Source of the DNA: Magallana gigas
Taxonomy: Eukaryota
Length of the DNA: 64,000 nt
NCBI RefSeq assembly: GCF_963853765.1
Contig: NC_088862.1
Coordinates: 1,488,001-1,552,000, forward strand
Reading direction: 5' to 3'
The notes beneath the pieces were generated by a model that saw only the letters and a list, made by a program, of their open reading frames with translations, was not told the DNA's origin and did not search any database. A program made the position numbers and the translations under genes. Of the stretch, positions 34,110 to 45,600 are shown piece by piece; the stretch's first letter is position 1, and each line of letters begins with the position of its first letter.

Positions 34110-34449
34110 TTAAGGGTTTAATTGCTGGTGACCTCTGATGATGATATCTTAGTTTTTACTGGTCCTAACTTCACCAAATTTGCATGAATGATGCGTCTTA
34201 TGATACTGATGTACCTGACAGGCTTGAATGCTGAATCTAAGCCTATGAATCTTGATGAGGTTTAGGTTTTTGGAACAGGTCGCATGTTTTATAGATGATA
34301 GCTTGCATAGTTGATTTAACTATGTTATAAATGAAACGCAGAGGTTAGGTTGCTTCAGATACAGAGCCTGATTTCCATAATCAAGGATGCAATGAAATCT
34401 CCTACCTCACCAAACCTGCTTGATAGATAGATGTGGTTGTTGGTAAATG

Positions 34450-35470
34450 ATATAACATGATTCCTATAATATAGAATTGTATGATATGAGACACTATTGT
34501 TTAATATGATACCATATAATACATATGTAATATTGTAAAACGTTATATGATACAATATGATATTGTATCTTTTTTTTGATATTTTATGATATGATATTGT
34601 ATCCTGATATGGTTATGTATAGTATTGTATATTATGATACAATATTGTATAATATCATATTGCATTATTAATTTATTTTTTAATCACATGATTCTTTAGC
34701 ATATGATACTGCAATATATAATTTTGTATCCTATGATGTAATATTATATATTCTATGATATTGTATCATACAGAATTGTATAATATGATATTGGTTTCTG
34801 TAATATAGAATTATATCACATGAAATTGTATATATGATATTGTAATATTATAAAATATCGTATCATACGATTTTGTATAATATGATATTGGTTTATGTGA
34901 TATGTTATCATATGACATGAAATTGTATTTTATGATGTTGTTATATATATATAATTGTATCATATGATACAATATGTATAACACTTATTTTACTTTATCC
35001 CATGATATTGTATCATTTGATATGATACGATATTGTATCAAATATTATTGTATCATATGATACAATATCATATTATGTATCAAATATGATACAGTATCAT
35101 ACAATACAATATCAGACTATATTATAGAATAAAATATTATATGTTTCAATGTATGATTTATTATTGCAATATGATATTGTTTCATACTATATTGTATTAT
35201 GTTTTATGATATTGTATTATTTGATCAAATACAATAATGTATAACACAATACAATGTCAGAACATACGTTACAATATCATATCTCACATTTTTCACAGTA
35301 TTTTATGGTATTATATGATATATAGTGTTATCATGATAGGATGCAATTTTAATTTTATTTTTTTGTATTGATAAACATATGAACATATGATTATAATACA
35401 TTTTTTTTAACAGATGATATACGATATTATGTCAAAACAGAATCCATGAATATCCAAGATCATAAAGGAT
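34450..35470. repeat. Degenerate AT-rich short-unit satellite (tatgatattgtat-like)
   Basis: About 1 kb of imperfect 5-13 nt repeats. Confidence 0.8.
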
Positions 35471-36318
35471 GATTTTATATAATATGATAAAGGTGGTCTC
35501 ATTAAGGTGATGCCTCATAAAGGTGATGCCTCGTTTCGGTGAGCTTTGTAATCTGTGATTATCTATGTTTTATAAGTGCGGAGCTCTCTATCGTTTAAAG
35601 GGTTCTGAGGCATATTTTGGAAATTTCATTTTTTTAAAATTAATAAAATTAAACTATCCAGGGGGATAGGGTCCGGACCTCCTCTCCCCTTTTACTGCGT
35701 GAAATTATTCATAGTGAATTTTCCGGGGGGACGGACTCCCTCTCCCCCTCTAGATCCATGCATGAGCAAGGAGTGTCGCATAATGAAATTAGAATGTTAC
35801 TGTTTTTGGTCTACGGTAAACAGACGGCTGGTAAGTGACAGGAGTCTAGAAGTGTATATGTACACATTATGGCGGACATTACATTTTATGTGGAGGATAT
35901 GATTAGGCATGGCCAGCACTAGTAAACATATATGTCACATGTACACATTAAAATATAAACAAACATTCATAGTTAGCCCGATGGCCTAGCGCATGCGCAC
36001 CAATAATACATGTAGCATTGATTAATCGGAAAACTGTGGCAAGTACGGTGCCTGCATTAAATTCTATGTAATCGACCGAGTCTTGCTGAATGCAGTCAAA
36101 AAAGGCGAAGGTGAAAGTGCGAAGATGCAAAGGCCAAAGTGCGAAGTTGGGAAGGAGCGCTCCTTCGCCTTCGCACATTTGCACCTTAGGCATCACATCT
36201 TCGCGCTTCGTCGTCGCATCTTTTGCTCCATCGCCTTTGAAACTTCGCATATATCTTCGTCCTAAGGTCGAAGTGGCCCTATCGGAACACCATAGATATA
36301 TTTAAATGTAATTGTTAA

Positions 36319-36790
36319 AGGGGAATGGTGACGATTTTGGTCAAATTCTATTTTCCTGTTGTCATTATTTACAATGCTTTAGGAAAGCATTTCTATTGAT
36401 CAAATGAAATTTGAAGGTCAGTTGTAATGTTATAAGCAAGATACAGGGCTTGCAATTCTTTGTCATGTAAACAAGGCCCGCGCCCTGTTGTTGTTTACAT
36501 AGGTTCAATATACCAATAAAAATCTTTTTCAAGTTGATTTGTCGATATTCTTATTCATTTTAAGCATAAATAAACAGTTTCTTACGTCTAACACATTCAT
36601 TAGGTCTAAAATTGGAATTTTTACTTCAACATTCAATGTAAACAAAAGCTTTGTTTACATAGCAAAGAATTGCAAGCTCTGTAACTTGCTTATAACTCAA
36701 TGAATGACACTCAAATTTTGGTTGCCTTACTGAAGCATTGTGAACATTAAAATCGGAAAAATAATTTTTGACTAATGTGACCATGCCTTT
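36319..36790. mobile_element. TTAA-flanked non-autonomous DNA element (Kolobok-like)
   Basis: ttaa|aggggaatggtgacg ... gtgaccatgcctt|ttaa, with imperfect inverted ends. Confidence 0.55.
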
Positions 36791-38252
36791 TTAAGATGAC
36801 AACCATACCCCGATGCAATACGTCAATATCTTGTTATAACGGAAGGATTTTTATTTTCTAAGATATTACCCTTTGAACTTGAATATGAATCATAATTTCT
36901 GTTACTTTTTGTAAACTGCAGCAGTAAAAATTACAATAGTGTAAAGACTATTTCACAAATAATAAAAAAATATATACTGAAAAACTTTATAATCTACAAG
37001 GGGGTCATTATTCTACAGGGGTCACTTTTCTTCATGTGGAGTGTGCTCATTTTTATGAAAATGACACTTATTCTTCAGGCAAAGGGGTCATTGGGGGTCA
37101 TTTTTCTTCATTACACCGGCAGTCCGGTGACTTACCGACTGAGTAGTACAAAGTAATACCAAAATAAAGTGATCAATATATTTAGATATGATATTACAAT
37201 GATTTCACCAGGATGTGACGTACTACCGAAAAAGGTACAGGCCATGGGGCGTCGAGGATCCTTTAAAAGAAATACTGTGCATAGAAATGTTTGCGTGCGT
37301 TTAATATTCGCTCCTTTTAACAATCTATCTAAACATCACCACTTTAACGAGCTCAAAGAGGGGCGAAACAAAAGCAGAACAGCGAAGAATACATGTTCTA
37401 AAAAATATCCTTTTCTGAGGAAGCTACACATTGTACTTTAAATATGACAAAAATAATTTTTAGAATACGTCTGGGTTTTTTCTAAATCCCGAAATCCACA
37501 AGCATGTATTTTGGTGCATTGCATGGCCTTATTTGCATACTGGTTTTTACATGTAGCATGGACATATTCGTTGCTTTATTTTATGGATTTTACATAAAAG
37601 AAGTCTTTCGAACTAAAGAACATATGACTTACATGAGAACCAAGTTTTTAAATGCTGATATGATGGTATACACAGTGAAAAATTACATTTATTTCCATCA
37701 AAACTCTCTGGGTATATTGTTTACGTTATTTTTTTCTGTACTTAATGCATAATAAATGTTAGTAATTTTAGTCGTCAGTCATAAATTCCTTTGTGAATCG
37801 CAGTCTACGATGCCCTTGTCTTTTGCGCTCTCTTTACGTGGGAATATCCTTCTGAGTGGACGGAGACTATTGTGAGCATTTAGTATAACTATATAGAGTA
37901 AGCCTAGGGTGAACCTTCCGAGAGGGCGGAGTTTAAAGAAGCATAACTATAAATTGTGGGTGAGCCTTCCAAGAGGGCGGAGTCTCCTATAAGCCTTTGG
38001 TATAAATATATAGTGTAAGCCTTTCTGAGTAGGTGGGACTATTGTAAGCCTTTATAAATGGTATAAATATATAGAGAAAACCTTTCATCTTATTAGCATA
38101 ATTGGTAAGAATATATAGTAAATTGGGCGGGTCTTACTATATAACTATAAAGTGTGTTGTAGAGCACCATATATACCACTACTACAATGTAATTATGTTA
38201 TTAAACAAAACTGATTTCCAATATCTATAGATTATAATTGCTGCATTGTTGT

Positions 38253-38358
38253 CACAGGCACTTGTTTCTGAGAAAAAAATTTACCCTACAGTATAATAAA
38301 AACACATGTTATTATTATACTATAGGGTAAATTTTTTTCTCAGAAACAAGTGCTTGTG
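38253..38358. repeat. 106-bp near-perfect hairpin (about 47-bp arms)
   Basis: cacaggcacttgtttctgagaaaaaaatttaccctacagtataataa ... ttattatactatagggtaaatttttttctcagaaacaagtgcttgtg. Confidence 0.85.
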
Positions 38359-38402
38359 ATTGTTGTAAAAGAATTCTCTTCATCATGAATGTACAATCAT
38401 GT

Positions 38403-38567
38403 CAGGACGTAGCATCGGGGGGGGGGGGGGGGGGGGGGGCTGCCCCCCCCCCCCCCACCTTCCACTTTTCTCGCAGCAACTATTTTTTTTTTGCTTGTCA
38501 ACATCTTTTGGATGAGTCTGCCCCCCCCCCCCCCCCGCCCCCTTTCAAAAATGATGCTACGTGCCTG
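38403..38567. mobile_element. G/C-tract MITE
   Basis: Inverted ends caggacgtagcatc / gatgctacgtgcctg. A related end is near 47553. Confidence 0.7.
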
Positions 38568-39734
38568 CATGTACATGTACATATGTTTTTTTCTCCTTCT
38601 TTTTCAGATTTACCCATTTCATTGTGCATGTAATTGTAAATAAAATCACACACTCAATAAGTTTTTAGAAAGTAAACTATCATAACATGATAAATCGTTT
38701 CAATGTAACAGTCTGTCTTAGTGTCATTTGTGGAAAAAAAACGCCCGGAAATGTATATGTTTTGGACACGTTTGTTTCCGGGAGGTGAAAATACAGCACA
38801 TTTTGGACTTCATACGTACAAGGTATGTATTTTAAAATTCGTTTGATCATTACGTATAATTAAATCATATTGATAGCATCTGTATATATTGTTTGGTAAT
38901 AAACAGTTGGTAATTATAAAGATTATCTTAATCTTAATCCAAACTAATAATTCATTGATGTTAAGCTGGTAGTGAGTTACATGTACTCACAGAGCACAAT
39001 TCGTTGTTTTTGTATTGAATTTTGTTTTCCTATCAAACTCGTATATTTATTTTGGAAATACTACTATATGTTAATGATAAAACCTTTTTTTTTACACATG
39101 TACATGTATTTCGACCCAAATCTGTCACTGAAGGGTTTTGACTAAAACTTGCATTGCCTGTTAACTTTGATCTTTTATAGAATATATGGGAAATGGTTTT
39201 TCCAGGCTAGCACTAAGAATGTCTGTCTATCTGACCATCTGTCTGTCTGTCTGTTTGACTACATGTACATGTACGGGGTCATTAAATGACCAGGAACACG
39301 GTTAACAAGCATGTAGTTGCGTGCAGAACATGTAATGATTTTTGATCTGCCGATTGTGTTTCATTAGATTATGCTATTTGTTCGTGTTTATGATACAAAA
39401 AACACAAATTTTTTTAAAGATAAAAAGAGATACATAAAGACCCAAAAAAAATTTCAACTGTATAAGCTCTCGTAAATTGTTCACAACCACTCAAGATATT
39501 GTCAAAACCTTTTTTAGATTTCCTCTGACGTAAATGATTTGGGACCGACACTCCTTTTCGTCTTCCTTATGCTTTTTAATTATATAAAATATTGTAAAAG
39601 TTGCAATATTTTGGCCGACACTTGGGAAAAGATTCTCTGATATATCAAAAACAAGACTTAAAAAGAAAGACATCATTCAAATGTTGTTTACTATTTTTTT
39701 TTCTCTCCAGGGCATATTTATTTAATTACAAACA

Positions 39735-41375
39735 TTGGCCAATTCGAATTCCATGGCCATGGAGATGATGGACGCGGTATCTGCCCGTTTCTTCCTGTTT
39801 CGGAGTGTAGTGGGGTTCATGCTTTCACAGATCGGAGTCTTCCTTCTGATTCCGTCTCTGATAGCATTTTCCACAAAGTTTCCAAAAGTTTTCGACAACC
39901 AAGAAACAGGTACAAATGTATGAGGAAATTATCTTTTCATTATTTTTTAATAAAATTGCATTCCTTGTTGCAGTGTACCTATAGCGGTATGTATTATTTA
40001 AAACGCTGGCTTTTTACAGTTAGTTCAATTTGTTTTTTGTGTTATGATCTTTTTGAAAAACAAATACATGTATGATAGATAGTACAAGTTTTATTTCCCT
40101 TTAATCAGATTGCTCAATAAAGGTCGCCTTTACCTGTATTCTGATATCCACCAGCGTTGAGACGTTGCTATGGTGTTGGACTCTGTTAGTTATTTTCGTT
40201 GCCGTGGAGTCGGACGGCTTCTGTAATCTGAAATGTTACCACATCGAGGTGCTACTGCATTTTCTGGCGGGTAAGTTCATTCATGATTTGATTGTTTATG
40301 ATTACTAGAACAGTTTTTTTTAATAATAAAACAGTACACATGTAACTCGATTCAATTAAGTTTATTTATGTTTTTTTAAGTATCCCAAGTATACATGTAC
40401 AGTGCTGAATTTTAGCTGCATCTTTATGTATGTTTTCCACAATCGCAACAAAGAAGCGGTAAACAACTTCGATTATTATACTTTCATGTTAAATACTGAA
40501 GTCTGATTGGTTTAGACGCAGATGGTAATCCGTTATATTACCCTCAGCGTTAGCAACACACTTGGCAACGGGTAACACAACAAATTGCTACATGCGCGTA
40601 AATTATGCACGTACGGTTCGCCGTAGAATTCACTTTATTTTTGTATAAAAGCAATAAATTTTTCTTTAGAATTAAGACATTCAGTATAATAAAATAAATA
40701 GTGCCTGTTTGGGAGGGTAAGTGTTGAAACTGACACCCCTCGAAAACCGTTGACTTGTCAACCTCCGCTTCGGGTCGGTTGACAATGGTTTTCTCGGGGT
40801 GTCAATATCAACAGTAACCCTCCCAAACAGTCATTATTTATATAATGTATAACGTAGGCGTTCATGATTACCACCACCCCCCCCCCCCTTTTATTGTTTT
40901 TTTAAAATACAGAACTTGATAAGCTACATGTATAGGACGGTACACAATCTGTTGAGATTTGAGCTTAATATCTTTTAATAATCTACTTTAAAAAAGAAAG
41001 AAATAAAAACCCACAACAGATTATTGTTTTGAGGTTGTCTAGACAATACTTTATATGTAAAATTGATAAGAATCGATTCCATTTCTGTCCGGAACGGGTC
41101 GAAGAATTTCGAAGTTGCCATGCATTAATCTATTTATTTTTTTTTATTGTCTAGCCGGCTGTTCCGGTGTTGGGGTTTCGGTCTTTGCCTATAAGTATGA
41201 CAGATTCGTCTGGTACTGGATTTTTGCGGTGGCAGGCGGTGCATGCGCAGGAGCAAACTCATTCATTGGCTGCTGTTGTCAAAACATAAAACGGAGAGTT
41301 AAGAATCGTTTTGGAGATTTAGAAATCGGCGAAGAATTGGCCTTACCGATGAAGACAAAACCTCACAAACGTTAA
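39735..41375 (+). CDS. Putative small multi-pass membrane protein (partial, exon joins uncertain)
   Basis: Hydrophobic segments at about 39735-39909 and about 40156-40250 (VETLLWCWTLLVIFVAV..LLHFLA|gtaag), plus a last exon 41151-41375 (AGCSGVGVSVFAY..WYWIFAVAGGACAGANSFIGCCCQ..KR*). The exon 1-2 phase is not resolved. Confidence 0.45.
40473..40846 (+). mobile_element. Non-autonomous repeat with internal palindrome; copies at 46059-46340 (+) and 58573-58863 (-)
   Basis: Copies share ctttcatgttaaatactgaa.tctgattggtt..gacgca, ttaccctcagcgttagcaac and the inverted pair gtgcctgtttgggagggtaa / ttaccctcccaaacaggcac. Confidence 0.8.
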
Positions 41376-41689
41376 CGATGTTAACTATCAAACAACTGAT
41401 CGTCGTGTACTATCCCTTTGTTAGAGGATTTCTATATATAGACGTTGACATGTATCTTACATAATATATGATGATGATATCATTGTTTGATTGTTGGATT
41501 AATTTATATCTGATTCATTAGTTTATTATGAGATATACTTTATGTGTAACAGTTGGCATAAATACTAAATATTCATTAAATAAAATTTTCTTGGAATAAC
41601 CGAAATTTTCTAAGTCATAACTGCAGTATTCTTGCCACAAAGTGTTCCTCAGTATTCAATCATGTCAGAATTTGAATAATGTTTTATGA

Positions 41690-41840
41690 TTTACATTGTA
41701 TTATATTGGTATGTTACATAATTACAATATCTATGATTTATTATATTGGTATGTTACATACTTACAAATATCTATGATTTATTATATTGGTATGTTACAT
41801 AATTACAATATCTATGATTTATTATATTATTACAATATCT
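41690..41840. repeat. About 40-bp minisatellite x3-4
   Basis: tctatgatttattatattggtatgttacata(a/c)ttacaata units. Confidence 0.8.
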
Positions 41841-42686
41841 AGCTTAACAAATATGATTCTGTGCATGTAATTGAAAAATTAAGATTTAGAGAATAAATTA
41901 GAGGCGGAAATTTTGCCTTTCGCATGCGTTTTGAGTCACCATAAATATCATGTATGGTAACTGGCTCTCGTTTTCATTAACAATCCATTTCCATTTACTA
42001 AAGGCTCCTCTTGAATTTCGTAAAGGAAAACCTATAAGGATCGTGAGTTACCATTGCGGTAATAGTTTTTAGAATCTATTAATATGGTTTAAAAAGTGCC
42101 TGTCTTTGTAAAATAATCTAGATTTTATATTATGAACAACTAGAGTTTTGTTTTTTCATCTGAAAATTAGAAATGATAAAATATTAATATTCATCTAGCT
42201 ATAGATAATAATACAAGCTGGCATACGGTTCGAAAGCGAGAGTCAGATTGGCCTATTCATCTTCGAACCATTATAATGATAGAATAATGACCTTATTTGT
42301 TATTGCAAACTGCATCATTTTTAACATTTTGGTACTATCAACATTCAACCTAATAACTCAATAAACATGAAAATAGGAAATGAGTTATTAATAACAGATG
42401 AGTTATATTGATTTTTATACATAATTACTTGTTTTACATGCAGAAAGAAAGAAAGTTTACATTTACATATACATTGGTATATACAAGTTAGTTGTCCGAT
42501 TACATATCATCATAATGCATGGTTCCTCTAGTATTCTCTGGTTACCTATACTACAGCGGGATGATTTCAGATGATTGAATGTGTGGATTTCACAAATTTT
42601 ACAATAAATTGTTACATACAGTTTTTGCTCAGACCTTTGTAAAACAAGTACAGATCAATCGAAATTCCACATGGATCATTCCTTTT

Positions 42687-45600
42687 TTACCTCTTCACAT
42701 TTTCAGCCTTACAGAACCTGGTTTTGATTCCCTCGGGGTTCAGGCAGCGGTAGGACTGTGGTCCTGTGATCTCATAGTCAAACGTGTTACAGTTCGGGAG
42801 GTTCATGTACCGCTCATCCATGACGTCATCCCACATCATCTCCAGGACAGGCGGAAGTGGGTCAAACCCGCCCATCTTTGCCAGGTCCTCGTTATACCGG
42901 AACTGACGGTCGATGTCCCCCATGTAATGGGCAAACGAAGGCGGCTTTCCTTCTTTCAAACGCGACTGGAAATCGGCCTCGCTGTCCGCCAGCATGTTCT
43001 CTTTGGACGGCAGTTTGACTTCTCCCGCCAAAATTAACGCGGCAAGTTTTGCCATTTCGTGATAGTGGGGAAAGTACGACCATTGTCGGGGAATTCCCAC
43101 AAATACCAGGTTGTTGTACTCAATGTGCACCATGTGTTTGTAGATGGGCTCTATCCTCTCATCCTTGATTGTGATGACGTCATCCTTTAAAAATGGATAA
43201 GAGAAGCGATATCCGGTGCAGAATATAACGGCGTCCACCTTCTCGGAACTTCCGTCAGGGAACACCACTGAATATCTGGTCATACGGACGAACGGTGGTC
43301 GTTGTTCGATATCCTTCGGGAAAGACGGTGGAAATTCCTTTGGATTTCTTCGATGACAGGCGTATACCTTTATATAGAAAACGCTGTATATTATTAATAT
43401 ATGTATCACTTGATATTGGGAAACATAAATCAATTAGTCAACAAGTGCTCATGAGATGATAATCTTAATAATTTCTTTACATCTATACAAAGTTCTGTCC
43501 AACTGTAAATTAAACTCAATGCTCTCGCACATATATTTAGTTAACAGTATTCTCATTTTGAATAAGGTTGGTTTACTATTTTGCAAAGCTAGGGTTAAAC
43601 GTACTTGAGAAGCGTGTCCTTAAATGATTATACTTATTGATTTCATCTCATAGTTAGCATTAGTTCTTTAGAAAAAAATGTCCTAACACAATAAAATAGG
43701 TACTTGTATAGGGTTCGTATTACCTTCTTAGCAAACTTAGCGACATGCATAGAGATGTCTTCTCCGGAATAGTGGCAGCCCAGGATCGCCACACGAAGTC
43801 CGTCAAAGTGTTCCTCGTACCGGAACTCCTTGCTATGGATAGCTCGTCCCTCAAACAGCTCCAGGCCGGGAATGTTGGGCGTGTAGTCATTGAAGTCGTG
43901 GCTGTAATGTGTCAATTCATAGTGCATTATCATTCAGAATCGCTATATTGGTAATGTACGTACATGTACACATGAAGCCGCGTACAGTGTATCTATATTT
44001 ATTCATACATCATACTAGTCTAATTTTTCAAACATGCGAAATGCCAGAGGAAACAAAATTTTATAAAAGTAAACTTTTCCAGATAAATGTGATTGTTAAT
44101 AGATACTCAAAAGGCTAAGGAACCTTTACCCGTTGCACACAAGTACGGCGTCGAACACTTCTGTGTTGACCTCTGACATTCGGGTCACGGGTGAGAAGGT
44201 CACCAACCATTTTGGTTTGCCGTTCTCGTTTATCTCCTTCAATGGCTTCACGTTTCGAACAAATGAATGGAACTGTCGTAAAATAAACAACTGTTATTGT
44301 ATTTTTAAAATGACATAATTTGAATTTTATGACATCGAAACGATTCCTCTCTAGTTAATTTGATATAGTTACATGTAATTATATATGATTCGTGATAGAC
44401 CTGTACATGTACATATACAGTGAATTGATTTTAAAATCCCACTTTGGGACCTTTTTTGATTCAGTATCAATATGAACTGCAAATACAGCAAATAAATGAT
44501 TATACAGATCTCAGACAACGCATGGACGGACTAATCACCCGGATGTACTTCCTGATGTCGAAATGGTCTGTGAACATGTTGAGGTATTCCCAGCAATGCT
44601 GCCGCGTGATGTAGGATGTCTTCCATTCCTTTGGGTAGGGGAAACTTGGAAATTCCTGTAGTTCTTTTGGAACATTTATCCTGCGAAAAATAAAAACTTT
44701 CATTAGATGTGTGCTAATGAACCGAATTTGAGTCTGACATCATCATAACTACTTCATGTAGTGATTAATTTTGCTTAGGTTGTTGAAGCATTTGGCAATC
44801 AATTTTCGTAAGAAATATAGGGAATCATACTTGGTGAATGTATAAAATAATGAAACATAAAAGTATTTTCAATTAGTGGCGCCATAGCTTACTTCAGCTT
44901 ATTATACAGTGCAGAGTGTACCGGAAGTCCGAATGCGTCTTTTCGGGTCTGGTCAGTGTAGTTCCAAATCCCGCCCGGCCAAAAGTTACGCTCAAAGGCA
45001 ACAGGTTCAAAGAGCTCGGGTTTCGCAGCCAAATGCTACAATGGGGAACAGATGTGTCACTACACACACTCTAACCAAAAGCTCTGTGTGAAGTATGAGC
45101 TATGTGAACCGTATAGTAGTATATGCTCTTAAAAATGATTTTTGTGTAGTCAGATATAACCTTAACTTTAAAGTAAACCTAGAAACATGGTTCAAAATCA
45201 GTGCCCAACCTTTACCTCGTCTTCGCTAGCCAAGGGTGGCGATCCACGGTGTTTCTCTATTACATTTCAGTCGGAGCCGGGTTTCGCTTCAACAGAATGT
45301 TCATTTAAATTATCACGGACGTTTCGACGCGTACACCCGCAATCAGCAATGGATTGTGTTCCGAGTACCGGGTGTCACCGTCAATTTGAAATAAAATTAA
45401 ACCTTAAGGCTAATATGTATTTTGATGCATGTTTATTGATATAGAGAAAACTATGGACAATGCAAAATCTAGAGTTAAGTGGCGTCCTATTTGTGACTTT
45501 TCGAGCATAGATTTTTCATGAATAAATCAAACAAATCTTTCCTTCAAGGCTACCATATTGTCGGGTCATAAGTTTAGACTTTAAGCATGTCATTTATTTT

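Larger units (their letters stand above)
33052..35547 (+). mobile_element. Non-autonomous Helentron (HINE-type) with internal tandem repeats, nested MITE and AT-rich satellite
   Basis: Starts ttttt agttcaccgagacgaag followed by cgtcggcgtc. The complementary sub-terminal tcgtttcggtgagcttt is near 35531. About 170-bp internal repeats span 33110-34300. Confidence 0.65.
31712..37119. mobile_element. Possible old DNA transposon shell with about 130-bp inverted arms, filled with nested insertions
   Basis: ccggtgtaatgaagaataatgaccccc at 31712 versus its reverse complement ending at 37119. The arms are built of gaagaaaaatgacccc sub-repeats. No transposase is visible. Confidence 0.45.

Noticed and set aside
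45040-45100. VRVCVV segment upstream of FMO exon 2, suggesting a deleted FAD motif
   Set aside because: The true exon 1 with VIGAGPAG was found at 48378-48449 and splices in phase.
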